Positions 18,258 through 27,845 are shown, counted from the first letter of the stretch. The stretch is 41,655 nucleotides of DNA from a virus (IMGVR_UViG_3300016476_000882:1-41655); one strand, 5' to 3'. Notes: generated by a model from the letters alone, not told the origin. Numbers and translations are program-made.

Positions 18258-18754
18258 TGAAGGAAGTTTTTTCGGAAATATCGAAAGCAACGGACGGAAA
18301 GTACGGGCAAGGAGTTCTCTATGCGGGAGCGGTTGGATTAATATTGTCTGATATTATCCCTACTCCCGCTGATGCCCTTTATTTTTATTATGAGCGTAAA
18401 TTACGTAATCAATGGAAAGCGGGGACTATTACCCCTCAAAACTATTGGCGTAAATCAGTAGCGGCTTATTATCTTTTGAATCCTCTTTGGTGGACGGGAG
18501 TATTAGCAACCCTTTACTACGTTAAAGGCGATGTTAAACAGAAAGCCAAAGTAGGATTAGCAGTTGTTGGAGTTGGTGCAGTTATAGGTATTATTTATCG
18601 CAACTATACCAAGGACATACAAGATTCTAAAAAAGAGGTTATGGATGAAATAGAACCAAAGGTAGAATTTTCGGGTACTGAAAGACCCAAACCACAAGTA
18701 GGTAAATATCGTGCCGTAATGAGGCAAGGTAATTACATAAAATTTATAGCATAA
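18257..18754 (+). CDS. Multi-TM membrane protein
   Basis: Three hydrophobic segments. Confidence 0.7.
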   Translation: MKEVFSEISKATDGKYGQGVLYAGAVGLILSDIIPTPADALYFYYERKLRNQWKAGTITPQNYWRKSVAAYYLLNPLWWTGVLATLYYVKGDVKQKAKVGLAVVGVGAVIGIIYRNYTKDIQDSKKEVMDEIEPKVEFSGTERPKPQVGKYRAVMRQGNYIKFIA

Positions 18755-18755
18755 A

Positions 18756-19109
18756 ATGGAAGCAACGCAAGTAGCAACACAACAAGTAGCCCAAGAAGCA
18801 ACAAATGCCGCATCAATGGCAAGTAATCCTATACCTCCTACCCCCGCAACTATGGCGGCTCAAGGGATTAACCTAGAAGAAGGAGGCGATGCGCCCGAAG
18901 GTACTTCTGATGGTAGTAAGGATTGGGGTCAATGGATAGCAATTGGAATCATTTCATTAACCATTGTTTCTTTGGTTATGCAAATCTATGTTCAAAGAAA
19001 AACTATGATGAAATTGGACAAGGATGACGAATCAATGAAAAAGGACATAAATGAGTTAAAGTACAACTTGAAGAAAAATATGGGTAGTAAGTATGAAGAA
19101 CTACCTTGA
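18756..19109 (+). CDS. Single-TM protein with coiled coil
   Basis: WIAIGIISLTIVSLVMQIYV followed by heptads. Confidence 0.7.
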   Translation: MEATQVATQQVAQEATNAASMASNPIPPTPATMAAQGINLEEGGDAPEGTSDGSKDWGQWIAIGIISLTIVSLVMQIYVQRKTMMKLDKDDESMKKDINELKYNLKKNMGSKYEELP

Positions 19110-19740
19110 TGAAATAATTTACGGCAATCCTACTGATGACTTCCTCCCTTATTTACGTAAAGGAGGTTATGATTTTATTTTTGAAGATTTAAAAGACTAT
19201 CCTCATCCATCGAACTCAAGCGAAGCGGCTAAAGATGAAATTCGTGCTTTAATTGAATATCAAAATCTTCCCCAACAACAAGATGCGGATATGATTGCAA
19301 GGTATCTTGAGTACGATAAAAACTTAATTGAAATATTTAAGAACTATTGTAAAAACAAAGTAGGCGAAAACTTAGATTCTCAAATTGATGAAATCATTGA
19401 AGATAGTAAATTCTTGATGGTTAAACTAAAATTTCATTATCAGAGAATAAGACCATATCAATTAGCGGGGCAATACAAGGCAAAGTTATTCCCATTCAAA
19501 TCTTTATCAGCAGTTAATCCCTCTTATCCAAGTGGGCATACTTTTCAAGCAAGGGTATTAACTGAATTTATAGGGAATAAATATCCCGAACATTACGAAA
19601 TACTCTCTAATTTAACACACGATGTAGCAAGTAGTAGATTGTTTTTAGGACTTCATTATCCAAGCGATAATGACTTCGCGCACATTTGCGCCAAAAGACT
19701 AACTCAATCGAAGGAATTCACAAGTAAGTATGGAATATGA
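19093..19740 (+). CDS. PAP2 / acid phosphatase-haloperoxidase family protein
   Basis: K-x6-RP (KFHYQRIRP), PSYPSGH, SR-x5-H-x3-D (SRLFLGLHYPSD). Confidence 0.85.
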   Translation: MKNYLDEIIYGNPTDDFLPYLRKGGYDFIFEDLKDYPHPSNSSEAAKDEIRALIEYQNLPQQQDADMIARYLEYDKNLIEIFKNYCKNKVGENLDSQIDEIIEDSKFLMVKLKFHYQRIRPYQLAGQYKAKLFPFKSLSAVNPSYPSGHTFQARVLTEFIGNKYPEHYEILSNLTHDVASSRLFLGLHYPSDNDFAHICAKRLTQSKEFTSKYGI

Positions 19741-20128
19741 ATTTCTATTAAATCCAATAGGGAAGCCACGAATGACACAAAGAGATAAGTGGCTTAAACC
19801 TCCCCGACCCGAAGTGCTGAAATATAGATTGAGTTGTCAAGCAATTCAATTTTTTGCAGCATCGCAAAATTTTCTTTTAAAAGACGAAGCAAATATTATA
19901 TTTGTATTGCCAATGCCGAGTTCTTGGTCGAATAAAAAACGACAAAGAATGTGTGGTACTAAACATCAATCAAAACCCGACTTAGATAATATTCTAAAGT
20001 TTGTGTTTGATGCGTTGAAACCCGAAGGCGACCAAACTATTCATTCCATTGTGGCAAAAAAAATATGGGGTGAAGAGGGCAAGATAATTTTTATTGAAAA
20101 TGACAACAACACCGAAGAACTCACTTAG
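19730..20128 (+). CDS. rusA: RusA-family Holliday junction resolvase
   Basis: KPRMTQRDKW, KPDLDNILK...DAL...D..I. Confidence 0.85.
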   Translation: MEYEFLLNPIGKPRMTQRDKWLKPPRPEVLKYRLSCQAIQFFAASQNFLLKDEANIIFVLPMPSSWSNKKRQRMCGTKHQSKPDLDNILKFVFDALKPEGDQTIHSIVAKKIWGEEGKIIFIENDNNTEELT

Positions 20129-20537
20129 GAGCATTGAAAATCTATTTGGAGCAATCAGTTCCTCTATCCGAGAGATAGGTATTCAGAATACTATTCATTT
20201 ATTAGAAAAGGGTCAAAGTCACAACGTATGGAAAAGTGATTTGTCTTTGGCGGCTCAAAGCGTTTGTGAAGTATTTGACATTTCAACCGTAATTCTTTTT
20301 GGTAATAGCCGAAAGTATCCAAGGAAATACGCATTTGCTTGTTGGGTTTGGTTATGCTATTACGATAGAAACTATTCTGTTATAGATTTACAAGGTTATG
20401 CAAAGACTAGCGTTTCGACTATTTCAAAAGCGAAACAATTCATTGACAACTTCCCTAATGATACTGCATTTGAAAAGAAGATACATCAAAAACTAGAACA
20501 ATCGAAAACCAAACTAAAAGAACTCCTTAATAGATAA
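20100..20537 (+). CDS. Stand-alone DnaA C-terminal-like HTH protein
   Basis: VCEVFDIS...LFGNSRK...YSV.DL......STISKA resembles DnaA domain IV. Confidence 0.45.
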   Translation: MTTTPKNSLRSIENLFGAISSSIREIGIQNTIHLLEKGQSHNVWKSDLSLAAQSVCEVFDISTVILFGNSRKYPRKYAFACWVWLCYYDRNYSVIDLQGYAKTSVSTISKAKQFIDNFPNDTAFEKKIHQKLEQSKTKLKELLNR

Positions 20538-20540
20538 GAT

Positions 20541-21521
20541 ATGAATACCGAGAACAATTTTGAAATAGATTTTAATCCGCTACAAGAGAATGTAATTCAG
20601 AGAGAATATACAAAACCGAATGTACAAGTAGTAGATACAACTCCTATTGAAGAACCCGTTTTTATTTCTCCAAGTTTTGAAGAATTGCAAAGCGGTTTAG
20701 AAAGCAACATTAATCCCGAACAACCATCACAAGGCGATGGTAGGACTGTTTGGGGTCAAAATGGGGAATCTTCTTCAGCGAACCCATACACTGAAACATT
20801 AGACAAGAAAGACCAAAAGGCGGCTTCCGCTGCATTGGTTGAAGCGGTTTTGGATGGGTACACTCAATTGAATGGATTTGCCAATAAGTTAGTTCAATTC
20901 AACCCAAAGAAAGTTGAGAATTTAATGCAAAGTGGGGAAATAGACCCCAATATTAGTTTGCCCGTTGGAGGGACTAATGTATCTATACTTGACTATATTC
21001 AAGAATACAATTCACAAACAGATGGTGTAATATCTGTAAGTGATGAATTCAAGGATAAGGTAAGACCCGTTATGCTTCGCGTATTTATGAAGCGTAATAT
21101 TGGTATGACCGATGAGCAATTGTTGGCTTACTATTTTGGTGTAGATATTATTTCTAAAGGAGCAACAGTTTTCGCATTACGTAAACAAAATGCAGAGTTG
21201 TTGGATTCTTTGAAAGAAATGACTTCACAAAGAGTTTCTACCCCTCCCCCAAGTGCACAACCCAAACAAGAGGCTAGGAGGGAAGAACCCGTAGAAAGCC
21301 CTAAGTACGAAGAACCAAAAGCCGAACCTACTCGTCAATATGTTGAGCCCGAAGAAGTTACTAATTTTGAACCCGTACAAGAGGCTATTGTAGTTGATGA
21401 GCCACTTCGTAAGTCAAGAACAAAAACTGCTATGCCTCAATTTGGAGATGCAAGTATTTTGCAACAGATGGAAGAAATAGCAAACGAAAAACCTAGAAGG
21501 ACTAGAAGAAAGAAAGGGTAA
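20541..21521 (+). CDS. Hypothetical protein upstream of the packaging ATPase
   Basis: 326-aa ORF, acidic/Pro-rich ends, basic tail. Confidence 0.75.
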   Translation: MNTENNFEIDFNPLQENVIQREYTKPNVQVVDTTPIEEPVFISPSFEELQSGLESNINPEQPSQGDGRTVWGQNGESSSANPYTETLDKKDQKAASAALVEAVLDGYTQLNGFANKLVQFNPKKVENLMQSGEIDPNISLPVGGTNVSILDYIQEYNSQTDGVISVSDEFKDKVRPVMLRVFMKRNIGMTDEQLLAYYFGVDIISKGATVFALRKQNAELLDSLKEMTSQRVSTPPPSAQPKQEARREEPVESPKYEEPKAEPTRQYVEPEEVTNFEPVQEAIVVDEPLRKSRTKTAMPQFGDASILQQMEEIANEKPRRTRRKKG

Positions 21522-21524
21522 TCT

Positions 21525-22337
21525 ATGAGAGAACCGAAATTAGGAGTTGCGATAGGCAGAAAGGGAGCGGGAAAATCGTTTACAACGGATAAGGTAATTG
21601 CCAATTACGTTATGGGAAACCCCGCTAGTGGGATACTTCCAAGGAAAGCATTAATCCTAGATGTAAACGATGAGTTTACCCATATCAAGGCAATTGCACT
21701 AAAAGATTTAATCAAGTTTAGTGTTCACCCTTTCGTGGAGGCAAGACGAATAAGACCCTATCACCCAAACGGCAAGAAAATGACTTTGGACGATTTGGGT
21801 CATACCCTAGGAGTGATTTTAGACAATTATAGCGGAGGTTTACTATTGATTGAAGATATTAACCGATATATCAGCGATAGTATGCCTATGGACTTAATGG
21901 GTGCTATTGCAACGAACCGACACCGAGACTTGGATATTATTTTACACTATCAAGGTATAGGTAGGGTTTCCCCGAAGGTTTGGCAAAATATGAATTGGCT
22001 TCGTTTCCATAAAATTACAGAATCTGTAAAAAGACACGAAAAGAAGTTTGAAGATAAATATGAATTGCTACGCATAACCGAGTTTATGGTAAACAACGAA
22101 TACTTTTCAGACAACATTAGATTTTATCAGTATGTAGATGTAGAAAATATGTGTTTAATCGGTAAGATTGATGAGAAAAAATTCGATGTGGCGTGTACTC
22201 AATATTTAGAAGAAAATTATCGAAGGGTAATTACTCCAATGCTGCAAGTTAGGACTTCGAGTAATAAACCTAAATATACTCACGATAGTGCGATGAAGTC
22301 GGAACTACAACGACTGAAAAAAATGTACTTAAAGTAA
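21525..22337 (+). CDS. A32/FtsK-HerA-family genome packaging ATPase
   Basis: N-terminal Walker A GRKGAGKS, Walker B LLLIEDIN, and RHRDLDIILHYQ (RH-x-hhhh-Q signature of A32/P9-like ATPases); 270 aa, no nuclease domain. Confidence 0.8.
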   Translation: MREPKLGVAIGRKGAGKSFTTDKVIANYVMGNPASGILPRKALILDVNDEFTHIKAIALKDLIKFSVHPFVEARRIRPYHPNGKKMTLDDLGHTLGVILDNYSGGLLLIEDINRYISDSMPMDLMGAIATNRHRDLDIILHYQGIGRVSPKVWQNMNWLRFHKITESVKRHEKKFEDKYELLRITEFMVNNEYFSDNIRFYQYVDVENMCLIGKIDEKKFDVACTQYLEENYRRVITPMLQVRTSSNKPKYTHDSAMKSELQRLKKMYLK

Positions 22338-22344
22338 AACGACT

Positions 22345-22372
22345 AAGCCCCCAACATAAATGGGGGTTTTTT
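22345..22372 (+). terminator. Intrinsic terminator
   Basis: AAGCCCCCA-loop-TGGGGGTTTTTT directly after the ATPase stop. Confidence 0.8.
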
Positions 22373-22450
22373 ATTTAATATACCTTTAAAGGGGAATGTT
22401 GCATTTTCAATTATTAAAAAGACTAATCATTAATAGTTAATCTTTAAAAA

Positions 22451-22458
22451 TAAATTTG
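22451..22458 (+). promoter_or_regulatory. Bacteroidota-type -7 promoter box (TAAATTTG) for the capsid transcript
   Basis: TAnnTTTG between the terminator and ATG 22500. Confidence 0.55.
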
Positions 22459-22499
22459 CTTTGACTTGCGGTCTGAACCTCAAGCGAATTAACAAAATT

Positions 22500-22610
22500 A
22501 TGAACGCAACAACAATTAAAAACATCTTAGGAAAAGTAGCCATCATAGTAGTTGGCGTACTAGTGGCGAATCAAGTGCAAACTATGATTGATAAAGCCAA
22601 AACCAAGTAA
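22500..22610 (+). CDS. 36-aa membrane peptide co-transcribed with the capsid candidate (not in ORF track)
   Basis: MNATTIKNILGKVAIIVVGVLVANQVQTMIDKAKTK*; A-rich start context. Confidence 0.7.
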   Translation: MNATTIKNILGKVAIIVVGVLVANQVQTMIDKAKTK

Positions 22611-22633
22611 AACAAATTTAAAAACTAAAAATT

Positions 22634-23329
22634 ATGAGCAATATCCGCAAGTATCTCGCTGACGCACAAGGTCGTGCTCACGAGTCTTTTGTAAATGCTG
22701 ATGGATTCTTCGATAGCGATTTATCTTTCACTGCAAATGAAGACTTTATGTCTGCAAATGGCGAAATGGGTGGCGGTGCACCCACTTCTCAGCCTTACAT
22801 TATCACTGTATCTAACACAGGTTCTGCTACCTCTAACTTTGACGTATTAGGTTCTTACGAATACATCAACAATAGTGGTTTCAGTGCGGGTGGTTCTTTG
22901 ACCATTGGTTCAACTACCATCAGCAGCGGAACTCCAAACGTAACTTATCGCCAAATGTTGTATCAGTTTATGAACAACCCATTCAGCGTAGGTTTAACGT
23001 ATATCCAATCCGCTTCTAACACTCAGTTGTTGGAAGTAATTAGCGTAGAAACTAAAGACGCTAATGGTAACTTGGCTCAAAAGCCTTTAGTGCCAACTAT
23101 CGACCCATATCAGCAGCAGACAACTGTGTTGGCTATGCGCTACGGGTACAGAATTGATGGTTACACTAAGTTAATCATTAACCAAATCTTGGCTTCTACT
23201 AGCGTTAAGTTGTACTTGTACCCAAGCGACAACATCAACTTGGCTCGTGGATTGAACGGAAATGCAGTAAGCCGTCAATTCGGTTCTCCTGGAATTGTAC
23301 GTTCACAACCCGTGAAACTAGTAGGTTAA
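22634..23329 (+). CDS. Candidate major capsid protein (beta-rich, single jelly-roll size)
   Basis: Follows the packaging ATPase; bracketed by its own promoter and terminator; high-expression codons (AAC, TTC, TAC, ATC, CGT); alternating beta-strand pattern. Fold is inferred. Confidence 0.65.
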   Translation: MSNIRKYLADAQGRAHESFVNADGFFDSDLSFTANEDFMSANGEMGGGAPTSQPYIITVSNTGSATSNFDVLGSYEYINNSGFSAGGSLTIGSTTISSGTPNVTYRQMLYQFMNNPFSVGLTYIQSASNTQLLEVISVETKDANGNLAQKPLVPTIDPYQQQTTVLAMRYGYRIDGYTKLIINQILASTSVKLYLYPSDNINLARGLNGNAVSRQFGSPGIVRSQPVKLVG

Positions 23330-23348
23330 TCCAACTTTTAACCATAAG

Positions 23349-23382
23349 AAAGGGGTGGGTGGTTTCGCCCTCCCCTTTTTTT
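23349..23382 (+). terminator. Intrinsic terminator
   Basis: AAAGGGGTGGGTG-GTTT-CGCCCTCCCCTTTTTTT. Confidence 0.85.
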
Positions 23383-23393
23383 ATTAATTGATA

Positions 23394-23510
23394 ATGGAAG
23401 AAAGAATTCAAAAATTAGAAGCCCAAACTGAATGGTTGATGAAATTGCATAAAACTGCATTTATCGTCATCGGTGTAGGTTTGGCAATTTATTTAATATC
23501 AAGAAAATGA
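23394..23510 (+). CDS. 38-aa C-terminally anchored membrane peptide (not in ORF track)
   Basis: MEERIQKLEAQTEWLMKLHKTAFIVIGVGLAIYLISRK*. Confidence 0.7.
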   Translation: MEERIQKLEAQTEWLMKLHKTAFIVIGVGLAIYLISRK

Positions 23511-23893
23511 ACTTTTACGAATACATCGCTAAATCAAATCCATACGGGGCAAAAGCCGTAATTAATCAATTCGGTTATCAAGTAGTTGACCCTCGTAGAA
23601 TGGGCGATAATCTTCGTATGTTGGTAGCACAAGAAGGTGAACCCGCATTGAAAGCAATTGCCGATATACATCCCGACAAAGATTTATTTGTTGAATTATA
23701 TTCAAATGCAAATGGCAATTGTGGTTGCAAGAAAAATGAAAGTTTCTTGGGAGCGGACGGTATCCTCACGGGTGCAGTTTTAGGTAACAACCAACAACAA
23801 AATGATTCGACAAAATTAGCATTACAAACTAATGCTATGTTGATAGCGGCTACAATCATTATAGCAGCAGCAATTATTGTATCAAAAAAATGA
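23507..23893 (+). CDS. Putative virion membrane protein
   Basis: C-terminal TM + KK; CGC and FLGADG motifs. Confidence 0.7.
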   Translation: MNFYEYIAKSNPYGAKAVINQFGYQVVDPRRMGDNLRMLVAQEGEPALKAIADIHPDKDLFVELYSNANGNCGCKKNESFLGADGILTGAVLGNNQQQNDSTKLALQTNAMLIAATIIIAAAIIVSKK

Positions 23894-24510
23894 AATCACT
23901 AGAACCAAATAAAATATACGCTCTTACGGCTTATACGATTGATAACAATCCAAAAGAAACTATTGCTTTAATCCGTAGAAATGGGGTAATGATAGCGGAT
24001 AATGCTACTTCAACACAAATTGAAAAAGCATTTGCTGCATTATTACCAAAAAGCGAAAAGTTTAGAAATGACTTTTCTAAATTAATTCTGAGAACGGCTC
24101 AAGAAGATTATAGTGGGTTTGCATCAACTGATTTACCTAGTGGTAAAGGTTTGTCAACAACTACAAGTTCTAGCCCATTAGTATTATCGGGGAGCACTCC
24201 AATTGAAGCACCAACGGGCGTTACTACTAAGACTAAAAAGAGTTTTTCAGATACGGCAGTAGGGTCTTTTTTAAGTGGTCTTTTGACTCCCGAAAATGCT
24301 CAAAGTGCAATTAACACGGGATTGAATGTATGGTCTATAAAGCAAACGGGTCAACCCGCTAGTGTTGTAACTACTGATTTGAACGCAGGTAGAAATGAAT
24401 TACCACAAAGCGGAAGCGGTAGAGGAATTTCAACTACTACCACAATAGTTTTAGTTGTTGGAGCATTAGCCTTAATCGGTGTTGCAGTTTACTTTTATAA
24501 AAAGAAGTAA
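23890..24510 (+). CDS. Putative virion membrane protein, Ser/Thr-rich
   Basis: C-terminal TM + KKK. Confidence 0.7.
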   Translation: MKSLEPNKIYALTAYTIDNNPKETIALIRRNGVMIADNATSTQIEKAFAALLPKSEKFRNDFSKLILRTAQEDYSGFASTDLPSGKGLSTTTSSSPLVLSGSTPIEAPTGVTTKTKKSFSDTAVGSFLSGLLTPENAQSAINTGLNVWSIKQTGQPASVVTTDLNAGRNELPQSGSGRGISTTTTIVLVVGALALIGVAVYFYKKK

Positions 24511-24513
24511 TTT

Positions 24514-24738
24514 ATGGAACAATTTGAGGATGCATTAGATAACGTAAAAAAATTAAAGAGCCAAGATGCTCACGATTCTTTCGTAGAGAAATCTAAGAAA
24601 GTAATTAAAGGTGGGGCGGTTGGTGTAGTTGCGGGTCTTATGTATGCTTGGTACACTAAAAAGAATCTTTACGTTTTTGCCGTATTAGGGGCAATAGGTG
24701 GAGGTGCGATAAATTACTTTTTATTTGAAAGAGATTAA
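24514..24738 (+). CDS. Two-TM Gly-rich membrane protein
   Basis: GGAVGVVAG and LGAIGGG segments. Confidence 0.7.
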   Translation: MEQFEDALDNVKKLKSQDAHDSFVEKSKKVIKGGAVGVVAGLMYAWYTKKNLYVFAVLGAIGGGAINYFLFERD

Positions 24739-24739
24739 T

Positions 24740-25153
24740 ATGACACTTGATTCAAACATAATAAACAAACAATATTTCAATCCACAAATAAGTCGAGTTA
24801 AAAACTTGACTTTAAGTGCTGATGGGGAAATAGGAGAGAGTGTTTCTAAGCCACCGATTGAAGGTATAACTCGATTAAAAGTTACTAAGCCCTTTATTTA
24901 CATAAATGCTCAAAGCAAACCAACAGAAATGGAGGTTGGCTCAATTTTATGGGGAAGACCAACTTCAAATAAAAATGTGTTTATATATGAGACTGAAGGG
25001 AGAAAGTATAATCTAATTTTAGGTGAAAATGCCGAAATATTCACCAAACCAAAAGAAGCCCCACTAGATAATAAAAATAAAAAAGGTGGATTGTTGATGT
25101 TTTTAGGTGTTGCTTTAGGTGCTTACGTAATCTATAACTTATTTAAGAAATGA
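24740..25153 (+). CDS. Putative virion membrane protein
   Basis: C-terminal TM + KK; LSADG motif; ATG 24740 preferred. Confidence 0.7.
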   Translation: MTLDSNIINKQYFNPQISRVKNLTLSADGEIGESVSKPPIEGITRLKVTKPFIYINAQSKPTEMEVGSILWGRPTSNKNVFIYETEGRKYNLILGENAEIFTKPKEAPLDNKNKKGGLLMFLGVALGAYVIYNLFKK

Positions 25154-25335
25154 AAAAAGAATACATATACTACGGACTAGGTATATTGGCAGCGGTGCTA
25201 ATAATTAAGTCTTTAACAAAAGACGATGTTTTGGATTCCGCTATTAATGGAACACCTCAACCCGATGGATTTGCTAATTTCACACAAGATGAAATTACTT
25301 ATGATGACCAACTTTACAAGAAACAAGCATTTTAA
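25150..25335 (+). CDS. Small N-anchored membrane protein
   Basis: N-terminal TM. Confidence 0.65.
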   Translation: MKKEYIYYGLGILAAVLIIKSLTKDDVLDSAINGTPQPDGFANFTQDEITYDDQLYKKQAF

Positions 25336-25346
25336 TTTTTAAAACT

Positions 25347-25460
25347 ATGAATAAAACAACAAAAACTATCTTAACTCTTGCCGTTGTTGCAGGTGTTTTG
25401 TATTTCGTTTTCAAGAAGCCAAAACCAACGGCTGCGACTACGACTACTGAAGACAAATAA
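25347..25460 (+). CDS. 37-aa membrane peptide (not in ORF track)
   Basis: MNKTTKTILTLAVVAGVLYFVFKKPKPTAATTTTEDK*. Confidence 0.7.
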   Translation: MNKTTKTILTLAVVAGVLYFVFKKPKPTAATTTTEDK

Positions 25461-25480
25461 TAATTAATTATATTTGAAGT

Positions 25481-25954
25481 ATGGCAAAAAACAATTTGCT
25501 TTTATACGGAGGTATTGCGGCAGTAGCAATATATCTATATACTAGAACTAAGAAAAAACCAACTAGCACTACCCAAGGTGGCGGTGGAGGTGGCGGTTTT
25601 GGCGGTGGAACAATAATTTTACCTCCAACTCCCGTTGCTCCATCTACTCCCGTGAGTGTAACTATTAATTCTATTCCATCTACGCCTCCTAGTGGAGCGA
25701 CTACGGCAACTTCGGGAGCATCTACTCCTATTTCAGCGGGTAGTACTTCAACTGCTGATAAAATTATCAGTGGAGGTGGTGGGATTGTAGCCCCAAGTTC
25801 GGGGACTGTTTTAATCCCAAGTGGTGCAAAAGACACGGGTTCGGGGACTATGAGTTTGCCCGATGCCCCTACTAGCACTTTGGGAGATAAAGTAGTTTTA
25901 AAATTTTCGGGTTACGGAAAAGAATTATTTTTGAGCGATATTCGCAAAAATTAA
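25481..25954 (+). CDS. N-anchored Gly/Ser/Thr/Pro-rich membrane protein
   Basis: TM followed by a mucin-like low-complexity region; TATATTTG box at 25469-25476. Confidence 0.7.
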   Translation: MAKNNLLLYGGIAAVAIYLYTRTKKKPTSTTQGGGGGGGFGGGTIILPPTPVAPSTPVSVTINSIPSTPPSGATTATSGASTPISAGSTSTADKIISGGGGIVAPSSGTVLIPSGAKDTGSGTMSLPDAPTSTLGDKVVLKFSGYGKELFLSDIRKN

Positions 25955-25955
25955 T

Positions 25956-26231
25956 ATGTTAAGTGCAAATCAATTATATAGAGAAAGTGGAAGTACACTT
26001 CCTTTCCGTGAATGGATTGAGAGAGAAAAATCCAAAGGGGTTTTTATTCCTAATGTGAAAGCACAAGAGGAATTCAATAATGCAGACGGAGGGGATGAAG
26101 TACAACCAACTCAACAAGTAAAAAACAATTTAGAAGTCGGTAGTATCATTGGCAAGAATTTGTTGTTTGTTGGGGTCTTAGTAATTGGTGGGCTCTTAAT
26201 TTATAGAATGTACAAAAAGAGTGCTAACTAA
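25956..26231 (+). CDS. Putative virion membrane protein
   Basis: C-terminal TM; FNNADG motif. Confidence 0.7.
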   Translation: MLSANQLYRESGSTLPFREWIEREKSKGVFIPNVKAQEEFNNADGGDEVQPTQQVKNNLEVGSIIGKNLLFVGVLVIGGLLIYRMYKKSAN

Positions 26232-26433
26232 CAAAGAAATAAAGACCTATGGCTTAATTGCCTTAATAGCATTGCTTATCTATGCTAATAGGGGGAGTAT
26301 TAATCCATTCAAAAAGCCTTTGGATGCCGATAATGACTCAGACGATGCTATTGATAGGGCTTTATCTAAAATAAAATCGGGTAGTGTACAAGTAAATAGC
26401 ACACCCGAAGATGTTAGGAGGGCGGGACAATGA
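26221..26433 (+). CDS. Small N-anchored membrane protein
   Basis: N-terminal TM; overlaps neighbours. Confidence 0.6.
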   Translation: MLTNKEIKTYGLIALIALLIYANRGSINPFKKPLDADNDSDDAIDRALSKIKSGSVQVNSTPEDVRRAGQ

Positions 26434-27212
26434 TAGAAAAAATTGTAACGAACTATGCACCCATAACACTAGTTGTTAAAGTACGTAGCGATAAGCCTCA
26501 AAAATTATACTTCACGGTTTCGGATGCATCAAACCCATTTAGAAAATTCACCGAAAGATATAAAACTATCCAAGGTGAAGAAACACTATTTGTACGGATG
26601 CCTCTTTCACCCGAAGTGTCTAAAATAGAAGTTTCTAATACCCCTAACGGAAGTTTATCAAATACTAATTTAGGCTACGAAATAGTTTCGATTAAAAAGT
26701 CGGCATTAGAACGTAGAATTGACGAAGGGGATATTGGGAATTATATGATTAGGAATTTTGTGACTTTTGCACAAAAATTCTGTTTTAATGTTTCCGATTT
26801 GGAAGTTAACAAGACTTATCGGAGCGATGATGGCAATTTTTTCATAAATCTAGTTCAAACAATCAGAAACCAAAATGGAGTGGAGTTAACAACTCCCGCA
26901 CGTATTGGAAGAAGAACGGGGACTATTCAAGTAAGTAAGAAAGCCTTTTTGAAATTCACCATTCCTATGAGGATGGCAATTTTATTACACGAGTTTTCTC
27001 ATTTTTACTTGAATGAAAAAATTGATGACGAAATGGAAGCAGACTTGAATGGCTTATTAATATATTTGGGTCTAGGTTATCCAAGAATTGAGGCTTATCA
27101 AGCGTTTTTAGAAACTTTTAAAGAAAAACCAACTCAACTTAACAAGGCTCGTTATGACTTGATTAACAAGTTTATTAATGACTTTGAAAAGATGAATATA
27201 GTAATACAATAA
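26430..27212 (+). CDS. Zincin-like metalloprotease (HExxH)
   Basis: ILLHEFSHF followed by EMEAD (third ligand, gluzincin/M48-like); beta-rich N-terminal domain. Confidence 0.75.
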   Translation: MIEKIVTNYAPITLVVKVRSDKPQKLYFTVSDASNPFRKFTERYKTIQGEETLFVRMPLSPEVSKIEVSNTPNGSLSNTNLGYEIVSIKKSALERRIDEGDIGNYMIRNFVTFAQKFCFNVSDLEVNKTYRSDDGNFFINLVQTIRNQNGVELTTPARIGRRTGTIQVSKKAFLKFTIPMRMAILLHEFSHFYLNEKIDDEMEADLNGLLIYLGLGYPRIEAYQAFLETFKEKPTQLNKARYDLINKFINDFEKMNIVIQ

Positions 27213-27213
27213 A

Positions 27214-27669
27214 ATGGCAGTTACAACTTGGAATAGCGTTCCCGATTACGATGAATGGGGCAAAGATAGTTCTTGGAATTGTGGCGATTGGATACAATGG
27301 CATAGACTATTAAAGAATAAGTTCGGAGCGGAACGTGCTAAATATATGTGGGAGTTTGCATTTTCAAGAGGTACTGAATTTGCATCGCATTACGATTGCA
27401 GAACATTTGATTCTGATTTCCGTTCGTATGTTTCTAAGGAAGGACTAGACCCATACAAAAATGCGGGATTATTTAAACTTGTATTAAAACCAAGTGGTGC
27501 TGCATTTGATGTTGTGGATAGCACATCAGAAATTGTAACTAATGTTGCTCAGTCTATTGCAGACATATTCGATGGCAAAGGAGTTAATGTAATTAAAATC
27601 GGTATTTACGCATTGGTTTTAGGTAGTGTTGGTTATATAGGTTATAGAGTTTATCAAAAAGTAAAATAA
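27214..27669 (+). CDS. Trp-rich protein with C-terminal membrane anchor
   Basis: WNCGDWIQWH; C-terminal TM. Confidence 0.7.
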   Translation: MAVTTWNSVPDYDEWGKDSSWNCGDWIQWHRLLKNKFGAERAKYMWEFAFSRGTEFASHYDCRTFDSDFRSYVSKEGLDPYKNAGLFKLVLKPSGAAFDVVDSTSEIVTNVAQSIADIFDGKGVNVIKIGIYALVLGSVGYIGYRVYQKVK

Positions 27670-27845
27670 TGACTGACAACACTAAAAAAATATTATTATA
27701 TAGTTCTATTGCGGTAGTAGTAGGATTGATTATTTTAGTTGTTAAAAGGACTAGTGATGCTTCGGCTCTAAAAAAAGAAATAGAATCAAAAGCAGACAAA
27801 GACTTTGAAGAACTTTGGAAGAAAGTTGATGCATCGAAGGTATAA
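27669..27845 (+). CDS. 58-aa N-anchored membrane protein (not in ORF track)
   Basis: MTDNTKKILLYSSIAVVVGLIILVVKR...; TAATG coupling at both ends. Confidence 0.7.
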   Translation: MTDNTKKILLYSSIAVVVGLIILVVKRTSDASALKKEIESKADKDFEELWKKVDASKV

